From IMG/VR virus record IMGVR_UViG_3300035670_001168, positions 1-25,175 of that record: a stretch of 25,175 nt of DNA; one strand, written 5' to 3'. The translations under genes and the position numbers were made by a program. Source of the DNA: a virus. Its lineage: Duplodnaviria; Caudoviricetes. A model generated the notes under the pieces. That model saw nothing but the letters and a program-made list of their open reading frames with translations. It was not told the DNA's origin and searched no databases. Positions 7,945-17,646 of the stretch are shown piece after piece (positions within the stretch are counted from its first letter, which is position 1; each line of letters opens with the position of its first letter).

Positions 7945-9336
7945 ATGGCGCGCTTATTCATGAGTCCGAGAGAACTAAATTTCATATCGGATATTACAAA
8001 AGAAATTATTAAAGACGTCGTCGGACAAAAAATAATTTATTATCCTATTTCTGAAATTAAAACTAAGACTCATGAAGTTTATAATGAAGCGTTAAAAAAG
8101 ATTTTTGATAATCCAATAATAATAGATGCGCTAGTAGACAACAGCTTTCAAACAGACACCAAAATAGATAAGTTCGGTATCGATGCTCAATATAAAATAG
8201 AAGTTTATATTCAGCACAGAGACCTAGTAGAAAAAGGAATTAATGTCACAATTGGAGACTTCTTTTCTTTTTCTGATATTTTTTATGAGATCACTGAGCG
8301 TACCTTTATGCGCAACATATACGGTATGGCAGAGCATAAAGATGGAATTAGATTAGTTGGTACAAAATCTCGACTTGGTTTGTTCGAGGCGCCGATCGTT
8401 GGACCCACCGATATTTCATATACGAATCCAGATGCGGTACAAGATGTGTTTGTTCAACAACGCGGACTAAAGTATATCAATAAAACAGGCGAAATAACTG
8501 GCGATGTACGAGATTTAGTTAGAGAAGGAGTTCTAGACGGTCCACTAACTGGGCAAAAAGAAGTTTCTGAACTCGGGGATCCGATTGGCGTTGGTCACGC
8601 ATTTTATGACGACGACGATATTCGTACACCGTCAACTTATACCGTACCTTCTATTTTGCTAGCAATAACGACTCAAACGTCAGGCGGGATAGTAGGAGAA
8701 ACAAATTTACTTAGAGAATTTGGAAATGTTGGATCAACTATAACGGGTACGATAACTCGAAACTACGATAAAGCAGCAATATCTAGTTATACTGTCGAAT
8801 ATCGCCCGAATGGTACAAGCACTTGGACGGCAGTACCAGGTTTATCTAACGTAGCTGTTTCAGGTAATCCTGAAACAGTAACAATTACCTCTACTATTCA
8901 CAACGATCCGACCCTATCGACTGCGACGACGATATATTATCGAGTGAGAGTAGTCGATAGCTATGAAACAACTATGTCAAGTACAACTTCTGTAGCATTT
9001 AATAGAGTTATATTTTTTGGACCATCTGCAGCGGCCCCGACGACTTCGAATGCAGTCAGAGCTTTACCAGATAGGATATTTATAAACGGAGATAATCCGT
9101 TTATTTTGAATACGGGTTCGACTAATGTAATATTTACAGTTGCTATGCCCGCGCCACTAACAATCGACGAAGTAAATGATTTGGACGCATATGGATTTGA
9201 TATTACTAGCGCATATATTTCATCAACATTTAGCGTCGCAGATAGTGCTGGAACATTATCGTCTTATAACGTGTACACAATGACAATTGGAGCAGCTTAT
9301 ACTTCGAACCATCGCCACGAAGTAACGAGGACTTGA
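7945..9336 (+). CDS. Neck/head-closure protein, gp14-like, with a long C-terminal beta-rich extension
   Basis: Follows gp13. GQKIIYYP...VYNEA..K.F..P...KFGID...GDFF...FYEI pattern in the first ~150 aa; Thr/Ser-rich FN3-like C-half (YYRVRVVD). Confidence 0.65.
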   Translation: MARLFMSPRELNFISDITKEIIKDVVGQKIIYYPISEIKTKTHEVYNEALKKIFDNPIIIDALVDNSFQTDTKIDKFGIDAQYKIEVYIQHRDLVEKGINVTIGDFFSFSDIFYEITERTFMRNIYGMAEHKDGIRLVGTKSRLGLFEAPIVGPTDISYTNPDAVQDVFVQQRGLKYINKTGEITGDVRDLVREGVLDGPLTGQKEVSELGDPIGVGHAFYDDDDIRTPSTYTVPSILLAITTQTSGGIVGETNLLREFGNVGSTITGTITRNYDKAAISSYTVEYRPNGTSTWTAVPGLSNVAVSGNPETVTITSTIHNDPTLSTATTIYYRVRVVDSYETTMSSTTSVAFNRVIFFGPSAAAPTTSNAVRALPDRIFINGDNPFILNTGSTNVIFTVAMPAPLTIDEVNDLDAYGFDITSAYISSTFSVADSAGTLSSYNVYTMTIGAAYTSNHRHEVTRT

Positions 9337-9338
9337 AC

Positions 9339-12300
9339 ATGGCACTAACACCAGGTCTTGAAGTCCCGTTTGGCATACAACCCGTTAATCCGATACCCGT
9401 AGATTCTTGGTCTGGCCCGTATTCTGGTCCTGTCGGAGATGATACAATTGCGGGCGCTATTGCAGTTGCAAACGCTACTATTCCTCAAGCAGTTAGATTT
9501 CAATCGATGGAAGTTAGATTGATCATTGGGGGAGAAGCTTACAAATATTGGTATAAAAATGGCATTGCGGACAGCGACTTAGTTTTATTTTCGGGTGGAG
9601 GTGGTGGTGCCGACGCTAATGCGCCATATCTTGTGCTTTCATCTACTGGTTCTTTATCTGCTGAAAGAGTTTTTGCAGTAGGCACAGGTTTAAAGGCAGT
9701 TGATGATGGAGCGGGTGGAAATTATACTATTTCAATAAACAATTCAGCTATCGCAACACTTAGCGGTTCAACTTTTACTGGTGCTGTTAATTTTAATCAA
9801 GGGCTAAGCGGTTCATTAACTCAACTAACAGATGGCACTTCGTATTTGATCGCAGGAGAAAATATTGCGATCGTTACAAGTTCTAATGGATCGATTACAA
9901 TTTCAGGTTTAGCAGGTGACATCACCTCAGTTACAGCAGGAACTGGTCTGTCTGGTGGTGGTATGATAGGCGACATTACGTTAAATGTCGATGATTCTAT
10001 CGTTGCTACGGTATCTGGTTCGACCTTTAAAGGGTCCGTGAGCTTCGATGAAGGTCTTAGCGGTTCACTAACAAGACTAGTAGATGGAACTTCATATATC
10101 GTAGCCGGCGTAGGGATCTCGATCTCTTCGGCTTCGAATGGTCCTATAACAATTTCGTCAGAAAACGCTGGTTCAATTACGGTTTCTTCAGGCTCTAATT
10201 CAGTATCATCTACCTCCAATCTCCAATTTGGGCCTGGGTTTATATTAAATCAGGAATCTACTGGCATCGCCGTAGTGTCAGGAACTATCGGAGAGCCTGA
10301 AGATGGTACGTATGCAGACGGCATTTATACCGACTTTACATCGAACACGCTAATCGGAACGGCTATCGATAGATTCAATGAATTATTTTTAGCGTTAGCA
10401 CCAAGTCCAGCACCAAGCCTAGACAACGTTGACTGTGATACGTCGGCAGGAACAACCGCGTATTTATCGTTTGGTATAAGCAACGATCAATCGAGCGCTT
10501 CGCCGGCGTATATTTCCAGCAATACGACAGCGGGATTTTCTGCCGTAGACGTTAATGACTCGTATAGTTCATCTACGTCAGGAGATAACATAAGAAAAGG
10601 AATTTATACAGGCACCTCAAATATATCTGGCGATTTAAACGAAGACGTACCTGCCTACGTTCATAACACTGGCGTGACAAATTACGTCGCAAATTCCTTT
10701 GGAGAAGCCAACCAAGGCACTTTAAAACTATATGCAAATGGTGCTTTATTGCATAGCGTAAATTTAACGACTAGCTCAGCAGGATCTGGTGTCCCAGGAT
10801 CTGGTACAAAATCTCATTTAAATGCGAATGGATCGGGTTTTACGAATCTATCGCAGACTGGCAGCGCAGTGCAATCGAACGGTCTTTCCTTTCCACCATT
10901 CCAGCACAGAACAGGAAAGTACTTAGTTCACGCTGCTGACCAAAGAAATGGGTGGAATTATCTTCAAGTTATACACGATAAGGGTTCCACACAAACTCAA
11001 ACAAATTACGTAGAGTGGATAAATGACAATAACGCTGACGCATTAGTTGCAAGCAATAATTCTTTGTCTTTTGAAGGTTCTGGTTCAATCCATCTTTCGG
11101 GTGTTGAATATTTCCAAAGCGGTACTTTAACCTATAAAGTCAAAGTCGACAACGCATATAAGTACGTTTATGATAATACAGCGATTAGTTTTACGACATC
11201 GAACTCTTCTGCTGCTAGCTCAGGATTAAGCTTTAGTTTTGCGAACCAGACAAAACCTACTATCAACACGAGTGCAGGAGAAACGCACGCTAAAGCTCTA
11301 CATTTAACGTCTTCAGCTACACTCACTGCGAACTATTTAATTAATGGTTCAATTACTGCGGGTGTCAACGTTACACATCCTCTTAAATCTAATTTAACGA
11401 ATAGTGGTCAGTCAACGACATCGCAAATACTAACGTACAATTATTCGAATACATCAACCGAATTAGCCGAAACCTTCCGTCGTGAAAATTATAGAATAAT
11501 ATCAGGATCATACGATACGCAAGCCGACGTCGTTAATGTCTCGAATGTTTGGAATTCAGAAATTTACATGACTTCTTCAAATGGAGGCCACTCGGACGGA
11601 CTTCAATTTTATAATACAACGTTAGTATCTCCAAAAAACGCTGTGAATGGAGGTAACTTCTCCGTATTCTCAGGAGGTCCTAATGAAAATCCAAATTATT
11701 CTGGTATAATAGGCACAAGAACATTTTATAGATGGTTTAAAAACACATCTGGAGCTCAATACGATCTGTCTTTGGCGATGAATGGATCATCGACTATAGT
11801 CTCTAATGCGACAGCGTTCAACGCGTCAAGAATCAAGTGTTTTATTAAAATACCTGGTAAAACAGGGTGGATGGACGTGGCGTTACCTTTTGTATTAGAT
11901 AACGTGCAAGAAGGCGCCGGGGCTTATGTTTCTAATGCTTTATTAAGCTTTGATAGTACCTTAAACGCTACAAACTATTTAAACTTTGGAAATGTTTCAG
12001 TAGACAATAATGAGTATGTCGTTTTAAAGATACTAGCAGATTCTTCCTGGACAGGTAACGTATCTTCTATCACTGTAGACTTTGGCGCGGGTACTGGAAC
12101 TTTAACGCCAGTCCCTGATTTAGACAATATAGATTCTGACAACGCAGGGACGACGGCAAGACTTTCTTTCGGTTCATCGAAATCTATAACAGGATACACG
12201 AATTCTTCGACAGACGCAGGATTCTCTGCGGCGGATCTTAATGCAGTATATCAAGTTGCAACATCAGGTGCAAATCTTCGAAGAGCAGTATTCGCCGGCG

Positions 12301-13874
12301 CGACAACCATGGAAGGTGATTTGAATGAAGATGTGACGTCACCAGGTCAGGACTACGTCGCAAACGCATTTTCAGATGCCAACAGTGGAAGCATTAGTCT
12401 CGAAGTAAATGGAAGCGTAATACACACTGTTGAATTAACAGGATCTTATAACCTCGTAGGCGTTGGATCGCCAGGCGCAGGAACAGGTACAAGTTTAAAT
12501 GCAAATGGTTCAGGTTTCATTGCATTAAGCACATGGGGTCCAGGTTTGTTCGACAATGGTGTCCCAAGATATTCAGAAATACAGAGAACTGCCAAGTACA
12601 GAGTCGTACCCGCCAATCAAAGAACTGGTTGGAATTATTTGCGAGTATATCACACAGTAAACGGTGTTGACAGAACAACCAATTATGTCGAGTGGGTTAA
12701 TGATCCCGATTCAAATGCTCTTTCTTCTGCTGGTAACGGACTGTCAATATTTGGTGATGATTCATTCTCATACATGAGCGGAGTTAAGTTCTTTAATTCC
12801 CCATCAGGAAGCATAAGAACTAGAATATCGAACATTTATAAGAACGTTTATTCCAATAGCTCAACTGCTATTTCTTTCACCAATCTAACAAATGCGACCG
12901 CCGCGCAAATTATCCAGTCGGGTTCCGGATTATCTTTGACGAAAACTACGAACGCTACAACAGACAGCCTTCAAACCTTGAATGCAAACGTAGATAGCCA
13001 AAATGAATTGCTACATGTTAGCGGAACTATAAACTTTACGCGAACAAAATCTTTACCAGGAACATACACGACTGCATACAGCTGCGGTGGAGCGATGGTG
13101 TTCGTTCATCCTCTAAAGTCAAATCTTACTTTATCGACGCAACTAACGACGAATCTTTTAACATGGACACCTGTAAACACGAGCAATGCTAATACAGATG
13201 AATACTTTACGAGTGAAACTTACAGACTCACAAGTGGATCTTATACTGCTCAATCAGATATAACAGGTGGTACAAAAACTTGGGATTCTACCATAAGCAT
13301 GGACGATCAAGTTGGAAACCCAACCTACGCTACAGGATTACTGGTGTATGACACTTATCTATTAGCACCTAAAGATGGTGGAGTTGATGGAGATTTCAGG
13401 AATCATATTGAAGGTGGATCAATAGAGTCTCCTGCTGAAAACGTTAACTATAGTTCATTAACAAATTCCACAAGAAATTATTTTAGAGGATTTTTAAACA
13501 ACACTGTAAATGACAGACCCAGCGTTCAAGTTACATTATTCGGAGACGCAACAATTGTTGGAAAAACAGGGCCTAATGCGGCGGCATTAGGGACGAATAA
13601 AAACATATTCGTAGAAGTCGGGGTGCCAGGAAAAACCGGATTATTAGATTTAGGTAAGCCTTCAGCGGGAGCAGGAAATATAATCGAAGGAGATGGTTGT
13701 TTAAGCGGTGACTTAAATGCGACGGTCGACATCGATGGTGTAACCAATACATGCACATTCAATGGTGTAACAGCAGATGGTACGACCTCGGGCGCTGAAT
13801 ACATTATAGTCAAAATTTCAGCATCTAAAAATTGGACTGGTTATTTAGATAGAGTGAGCATAACCTGGAGTTAA
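9339..13874 (+). CDS. Large virion structural/fibre-like protein with an internal tandem duplication
   Basis: About 1511 aa from the ATG at 9339; Ser/Gly/Thr/Asn-rich; GLSGSLT-DGTSY modules; two homologous ~570-aa units. Confidence 0.75.
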   Translation: MALTPGLEVPFGIQPVNPIPVDSWSGPYSGPVGDDTIAGAIAVANATIPQAVRFQSMEVRLIIGGEAYKYWYKNGIADSDLVLFSGGGGGADANAPYLVLSSTGSLSAERVFAVGTGLKAVDDGAGGNYTISINNSAIATLSGSTFTGAVNFNQGLSGSLTQLTDGTSYLIAGENIAIVTSSNGSITISGLAGDITSVTAGTGLSGGGMIGDITLNVDDSIVATVSGSTFKGSVSFDEGLSGSLTRLVDGTSYIVAGVGISISSASNGPITISSENAGSITVSSGSNSVSSTSNLQFGPGFILNQESTGIAVVSGTIGEPEDGTYADGIYTDFTSNTLIGTAIDRFNELFLALAPSPAPSLDNVDCDTSAGTTAYLSFGISNDQSSASPAYISSNTTAGFSAVDVNDSYSSSTSGDNIRKGIYTGTSNISGDLNEDVPAYVHNTGVTNYVANSFGEANQGTLKLYANGALLHSVNLTTSSAGSGVPGSGTKSHLNANGSGFTNLSQTGSAVQSNGLSFPPFQHRTGKYLVHAADQRNGWNYLQVIHDKGSTQTQTNYVEWINDNNADALVASNNSLSFEGSGSIHLSGVEYFQSGTLTYKVKVDNAYKYVYDNTAISFTTSNSSAASSGLSFSFANQTKPTINTSAGETHAKALHLTSSATLTANYLINGSITAGVNVTHPLKSNLTNSGQSTTSQILTYNYSNTSTELAETFRRENYRIISGSYDTQADVVNVSNVWNSEIYMTSSNGGHSDGLQFYNTTLVSPKNAVNGGNFSVFSGGPNENPNYSGIIGTRTFYRWFKNTSGAQYDLSLAMNGSSTIVSNATAFNASRIKCFIKIPGKTGWMDVALPFVLDNVQEGAGAYVSNALLSFDSTLNATNYLNFGNVSVDNNEYVVLKILADSSWTGNVSSITVDFGAGTGTLTPVPDLDNIDSDNAGTTARLSFGSSKSITGYTNSSTDAGFSAADLNAVYQVATSGANLRRAVFAGATTMEGDLNEDVTSPGQDYVANAFSDANSGSISLEVNGSVIHTVELTGSYNLVGVGSPGAGTGTSLNANGSGFIALSTWGPGLFDNGVPRYSEIQRTAKYRVVPANQRTGWNYLRVYHTVNGVDRTTNYVEWVNDPDSNALSSAGNGLSIFGDDSFSYMSGVKFFNSPSGSIRTRISNIYKNVYSNSSTAISFTNLTNATAAQIIQSGSGLSLTKTTNATTDSLQTLNANVDSQNELLHVSGTINFTRTKSLPGTYTTAYSCGGAMVFVHPLKSNLTLSTQLTTNLLTWTPVNTSNANTDEYFTSETYRLTSGSYTAQSDITGGTKTWDSTISMDDQVGNPTYATGLLVYDTYLLAPKDGGVDGDFRNHIEGGSIESPAENVNYSSLTNSTRNYFRGFLNNTVNDRPSVQVTLFGDATIVGKTGPNAAALGTNKNIFVEVGVPGKTGLLDLGKPSAGAGNIIEGDGCLSGDLNATVDIDGVTNTCTFNGVTADGTTSGAEYIIVKISASKNWTGYLDRVSITWS

Positions 13875-13875
13875 A

Positions 13876-16284
13876 ATGGCCGGTAAAACAGATACGAGCG
13901 CCACACTTTTTGCGCAGAAAAAACTTCTCGGTAAGGCCCACACCTCAAATTTAAAAATTGATGGTGAAGAGGTAATCGGTTCGAATATTCAGACATCGAC
14001 TGATTTAATTTTTGGTGAACCAATACCAAATTCTCCCATTCAGACGCTATATCTTATTCAGAGCGCCTCTGCTTCGGACAACGGCACAGTAGAGTACATA
14101 CAATTCGTCTTAACTGCCTTAACAGGTACCACATATGACGCCAACGTCTCGGGTGGTGGTTCAGGTACAGACGCAGGAGAAAGTTCGCAAGTTTCTGGTC
14201 CTCATGCTTATAAGTTTATACTTCCTTCTAACTATCAATCAATTTCAACCAATCCAAGAGCGGGTAATGGAGTTTTTGACAATAATAAACTAGTTCATGA
14301 AACCTTAGGACGATTGCAACTAGTTCCTCCGTTTTATTCTCAAACAGCGCCAAATCCTTATATCGTAAAAATATACAAGGACAATGGAGCTGGTGGCGTG
14401 GGAGACGAAATACCGCTATTAGACAATATCGACTGGAACGTAGATTATTACAATGGTATTTTATTTCTACAGGATTATAGTGCTACAAAAATTCCCGCCT
14501 ACGCAAGAGCCTTCGCGTACGTCGGAAAGACAGTAGATGAAGTCATATCATCAATATCTAATGGTTCTGCAGACACAAATGCCGAGTATCTATTGCTTTC
14601 AACGACGGGATCGTTAGGGTCTGCACGTTCGTTAACAGTAGGAACAGGATTAATAACACTCGATGGTGGAGCTGGTTCGAACTATACTATATCCATCAAC
14701 GACTCGACCGTCGCAACCACGAGTGGTTCAACTTTTACGGGGGCTGTTAATTTTAACTTAGGTCTCAGCGGTTCGTTGACAAAACTTACAGATGGAACAT
14801 CATATCTCGTTGCAGGAACGGGAGTTAATGTAATATCGTCTTCTAATGGATCAATAACCATTTCTGCGACCGGAGCGTCGACAGTCGCAGGAGCGAATCA
14901 GCAAATTCAATTCAACGATAATGGCGCATTTGGTTCTGATGGTGGTTTAATTTATAACGCAACAAACAAAAACTTGCTTTTATCTGGCGCTTTGTTGATC
15001 GGAACAAGTTCGTTGTTAGGGACTGAAAAACTAAGAATTGGGGGCGATTCTAGTTTTTATGGTAACATCGACGTATCTGGTAGTTTAACTGCAACATTGG
15101 GACTTAGCGGTTCATTAACAAAATTAATTGATGGATCATCTTATCTAATCGCTGGCTCAGGAATATCAATAACGTCTAGTTCTAACGGTTCAATAACCAT
15201 CACCAATGATGGTACCGTCGGAGATATCACGGCGGTTAATGCAGGCATTGGACTTATTGGTGGAGGAACAAGCGGAAATATTACACTCGATATAAACGAC
15301 TCTGTCGTAGCAACGATTAGCGGATCAACATTTACTGGGCCTGTTATTTTTAATCAAGGATTAAGCGGGTCTTTAACTAGATTGATCGATGGAACCTCGT
15401 ATATCATCGCGGGAAATAATGTAACTATAATTTCTTCATCGAATGGTTCGATCGTTATTTCGTCCGCAGATGGTCAGTCTTACGCAAAAGGATATATCTC
15501 TGGCTCGGCACAAGATGGATTCGGCAATATTGATATTTCTTCGATAGGGACATTGATCAACAACTACAATGAAACGACAGACATCGACGTTTTTAGAAAT
15601 GGTCAAATTCTTACAGCTGGTTCTGATTTTGACTATACAGTTCCAACGAATAATACTATAAACTTGAATACGGCATTACAACCAGACGATATCATAACCG
15701 TGCGTATTTTAGTGTCTGGATCGTCGAATAATGGTGGTGGTGGAGGCGGTGGCGGTTCAGGAGATATAACGGCCGTCATAGCTGGAACTGGTTTACTAGG
15801 CGGCGCTACGTCTGGAAATGCGACATTAACTATTGATGATTCTGTCGTCGCGACGACATCAGGTTCAAAATTCGTAGGACCCGTAACATCTTCGATAGGT
15901 TCTCTATTGGGGGGATATTCAGAATTTAGTGGCAGCGTTTCAGAGTCAATCGTAAACAACAATGGTAGCACAGGTATCATCGTTTTCGACACTACACAGG
16001 CTTCTATATTTTACGTTAATAATCCGACAGGAAACGTTACTGCCAATTTTACGAATGTTCCCACGAAGGACATGAGAATTATTTCAACGACCGTCATTCT
16101 ATCTCAAAGTTCTACAGCACGTATAGTAAGTGCAGTTCAAATAGATGGCGTTGCTTCTGCGATTAATTGGGCGAATAATGTTATTCCTTCGGGCAACGCT
16201 AACAAACAAGACATCTTTGGATTTAGCCTAATAAGATCTGGCAGCGTCTGGAAGACATTGGGACAATTGTCGACGTTCGGATGA
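13876..16284 (+). CDS. Tail-fibre-like structural protein (802 aa)
   Basis: Three GLSGSLT-DG(T/S)SY modules, GDIT(A/S)V-AG-GL repeats, poly-Gly linker, beta-rich C-terminal domain. Confidence 0.7.
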   Translation: MAGKTDTSATLFAQKKLLGKAHTSNLKIDGEEVIGSNIQTSTDLIFGEPIPNSPIQTLYLIQSASASDNGTVEYIQFVLTALTGTTYDANVSGGGSGTDAGESSQVSGPHAYKFILPSNYQSISTNPRAGNGVFDNNKLVHETLGRLQLVPPFYSQTAPNPYIVKIYKDNGAGGVGDEIPLLDNIDWNVDYYNGILFLQDYSATKIPAYARAFAYVGKTVDEVISSISNGSADTNAEYLLLSTTGSLGSARSLTVGTGLITLDGGAGSNYTISINDSTVATTSGSTFTGAVNFNLGLSGSLTKLTDGTSYLVAGTGVNVISSSNGSITISATGASTVAGANQQIQFNDNGAFGSDGGLIYNATNKNLLLSGALLIGTSSLLGTEKLRIGGDSSFYGNIDVSGSLTATLGLSGSLTKLIDGSSYLIAGSGISITSSSNGSITITNDGTVGDITAVNAGIGLIGGGTSGNITLDINDSVVATISGSTFTGPVIFNQGLSGSLTRLIDGTSYIIAGNNVTIISSSNGSIVISSADGQSYAKGYISGSAQDGFGNIDISSIGTLINNYNETTDIDVFRNGQILTAGSDFDYTVPTNNTINLNTALQPDDIITVRILVSGSSNNGGGGGGGGSGDITAVIAGTGLLGGATSGNATLTIDDSVVATTSGSKFVGPVTSSIGSLLGGYSEFSGSVSESIVNNNGSTGIIVFDTTQASIFYVNNPTGNVTANFTNVPTKDMRIISTTVILSQSSTARIVSAVQIDGVASAINWANNVIPSGNANKQDIFGFSLIRSGSVWKTLGQLSTFG

Positions 16285-16290
16285 TAAATT

Positions 16291-17016
16291 ATGTTTGGAA
16301 GAATAAGTTCAACATTAAGTCCTTTAGGTTTATTGAAAACGAAAGATGTAGTAACTTCTGGACTGGTTTTATATTACGACATAAGCAAGTCGTCTTCCTA
16401 TTCAGGTAGCGGAACAACAGTTATAGACCTACGAGGTAACAGTAATGCTATCTTAGCGAATGGACCAGCGTACGCTGATGGTTATCTGACGTTTGACGGT
16501 ACGAACGATTACCTGCTGACTTCGACGTCGTTAGCTACTAAGGTAACTACAGACGTAACGACAATATCGATGTGGGCATATCCGATGGATAACGGAGTTT
16601 TATTGTCTGAAATAGGACAGGCGACGATTAATTATGGTTGGCACGATGCGCAAATGGAAATGGTAGCAGGCACTATGAAATTTGGTATGTGGAGCGCATC
16701 TGGATTGCAAACTATTACATCAACGATTCCTACGCCACTTAATGCCTGGTATAATTTTGTTATCGTTTATAACGGCACTAATTTAACCGCCTATGTCAAT
16801 GCAGTTTCTGCGGGGTCTATCACGTTTTCTAGGTTTAATCCTGTCGAAAATGGTAACAGTTTACACTATGGTATCGCCGCCACCGATTCGACCAGCATGG
16901 GAGATGGAACATACGCTAATATGCGATTAGGACAATTCCTAGTATATAACACAGCGCTAACCGAGACAGAGGTCTTAGCAAACTATAATGCGACAAAAAG
17001 TAGATTCGGTCTTTAA
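16291..17016 (+). CDS. LamG / concanavalin A-like lectin-domain protein
   Basis: VVTSGLVLYYD...SYSGSGTT..DL.GN...FDGTNDY...W.N..IVYNG..L.AYVN...YNTALT..EV..NYNATKSRFGL is the typical phage LamG layout. Confidence 0.85.
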   Translation: MFGRISSTLSPLGLLKTKDVVTSGLVLYYDISKSSSYSGSGTTVIDLRGNSNAILANGPAYADGYLTFDGTNDYLLTSTSLATKVTTDVTTISMWAYPMDNGVLLSEIGQATINYGWHDAQMEMVAGTMKFGMWSASGLQTITSTIPTPLNAWYNFVIVYNGTNLTAYVNAVSAGSITFSRFNPVENGNSLHYGIAATDSTSMGDGTYANMRLGQFLVYNTALTETEVLANYNATKSRFGL

Positions 17017-17035
17017 ATTAATTCAAAATTTTTAA

Positions 17036-17560
17036 CTATTTTTTTATTTTTTTTCTCTCGGTCAAATCAAGCGCCGCCGCACCGATTCTAGTCGTCGGAT
17101 CCTTGTCAGGTCTGTGTTTTCTTTCTTTCTTTTTTGTCTCAACATCACTAGACGCCGTAAAATTTGAATCGGTTGTTGATGCGACGATCTTTTGTAGCGA
17201 CTGTATTTCGCTCGTTTTAAAAGTAATCTCTGTTTTTTTTGCTAACGCTAATCTTTCGTTTTCTAACTGTAGATCTTTTATCACGTTAAAAAAAGAATCA
17301 AAAATATTATCAACAAAACCATAAACGTCTGTACCAATTTTACCTTCAACGCGTAAGTCAACTAAGCCTTTTTTATTAGCCCTTACGTACGTTTCCATCT
17401 TTTGCAACGCATCTTTGAATCCAGAAAAGTAGTCTTCAAATCTTGAGGCTTTACCATTCAACTCTTTTAGTTCATTGGCTTTATTCGCTAAAAGTTCTTG
17501 TAGTAAATTTAATTTTATTTGATTCGAATCTACACTATCAATATTGATATTTGGTTCCAT
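17036..17560 (-). CDS. Hypothetical coiled-coil protein
   Basis: ATG at 17560 (TTG at 17566 is an alternative); heptad-like Leu/Glu/Lys content, basic tail. Confidence 0.75.
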   Translation of the reverse strand: MEPNINIDSVDSNQIKLNLLQELLANKANELKELNGKASRFEDYFSGFKDALQKMETYVRANKKGLVDLRVEGKIGTDVYGFVDNIFDSFFNVIKDLQLENERLALAKKTEITFKTSEIQSLQKIVASTTDSNFTASSDVETKKKERKHRPDKDPTTRIGAAALDLTERKKIKK

Positions 17561-17586
17561 GACCAATTAATAATAACTCGTCGTAC

Positions 17587-17623
17587 AAAAAAATAAATGG
17601 CTCAAGAATTAACTTGAGCCATT
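17587..17623 (-). terminator. Rho-independent terminator after the minus-strand fibre gene
   Basis: AATGGCTCAAG-6 nt-CTTGAGCCATT 11-bp stem, followed on the minus strand by TATTTTTTT. Confidence 0.85.
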
Positions 17624-17646
17624 CAAATTACTAATTTTTTAATTTA

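Noticed and set aside
9821-15992. Minus-strand ORFs 9821..10219, 11975..12199, 13526..13813 and 15633..15992
   Set aside because: Antisense shadows of Ser/Gly/Thr-rich coding; the poly-Pro simply mirrors the poly-Gly.
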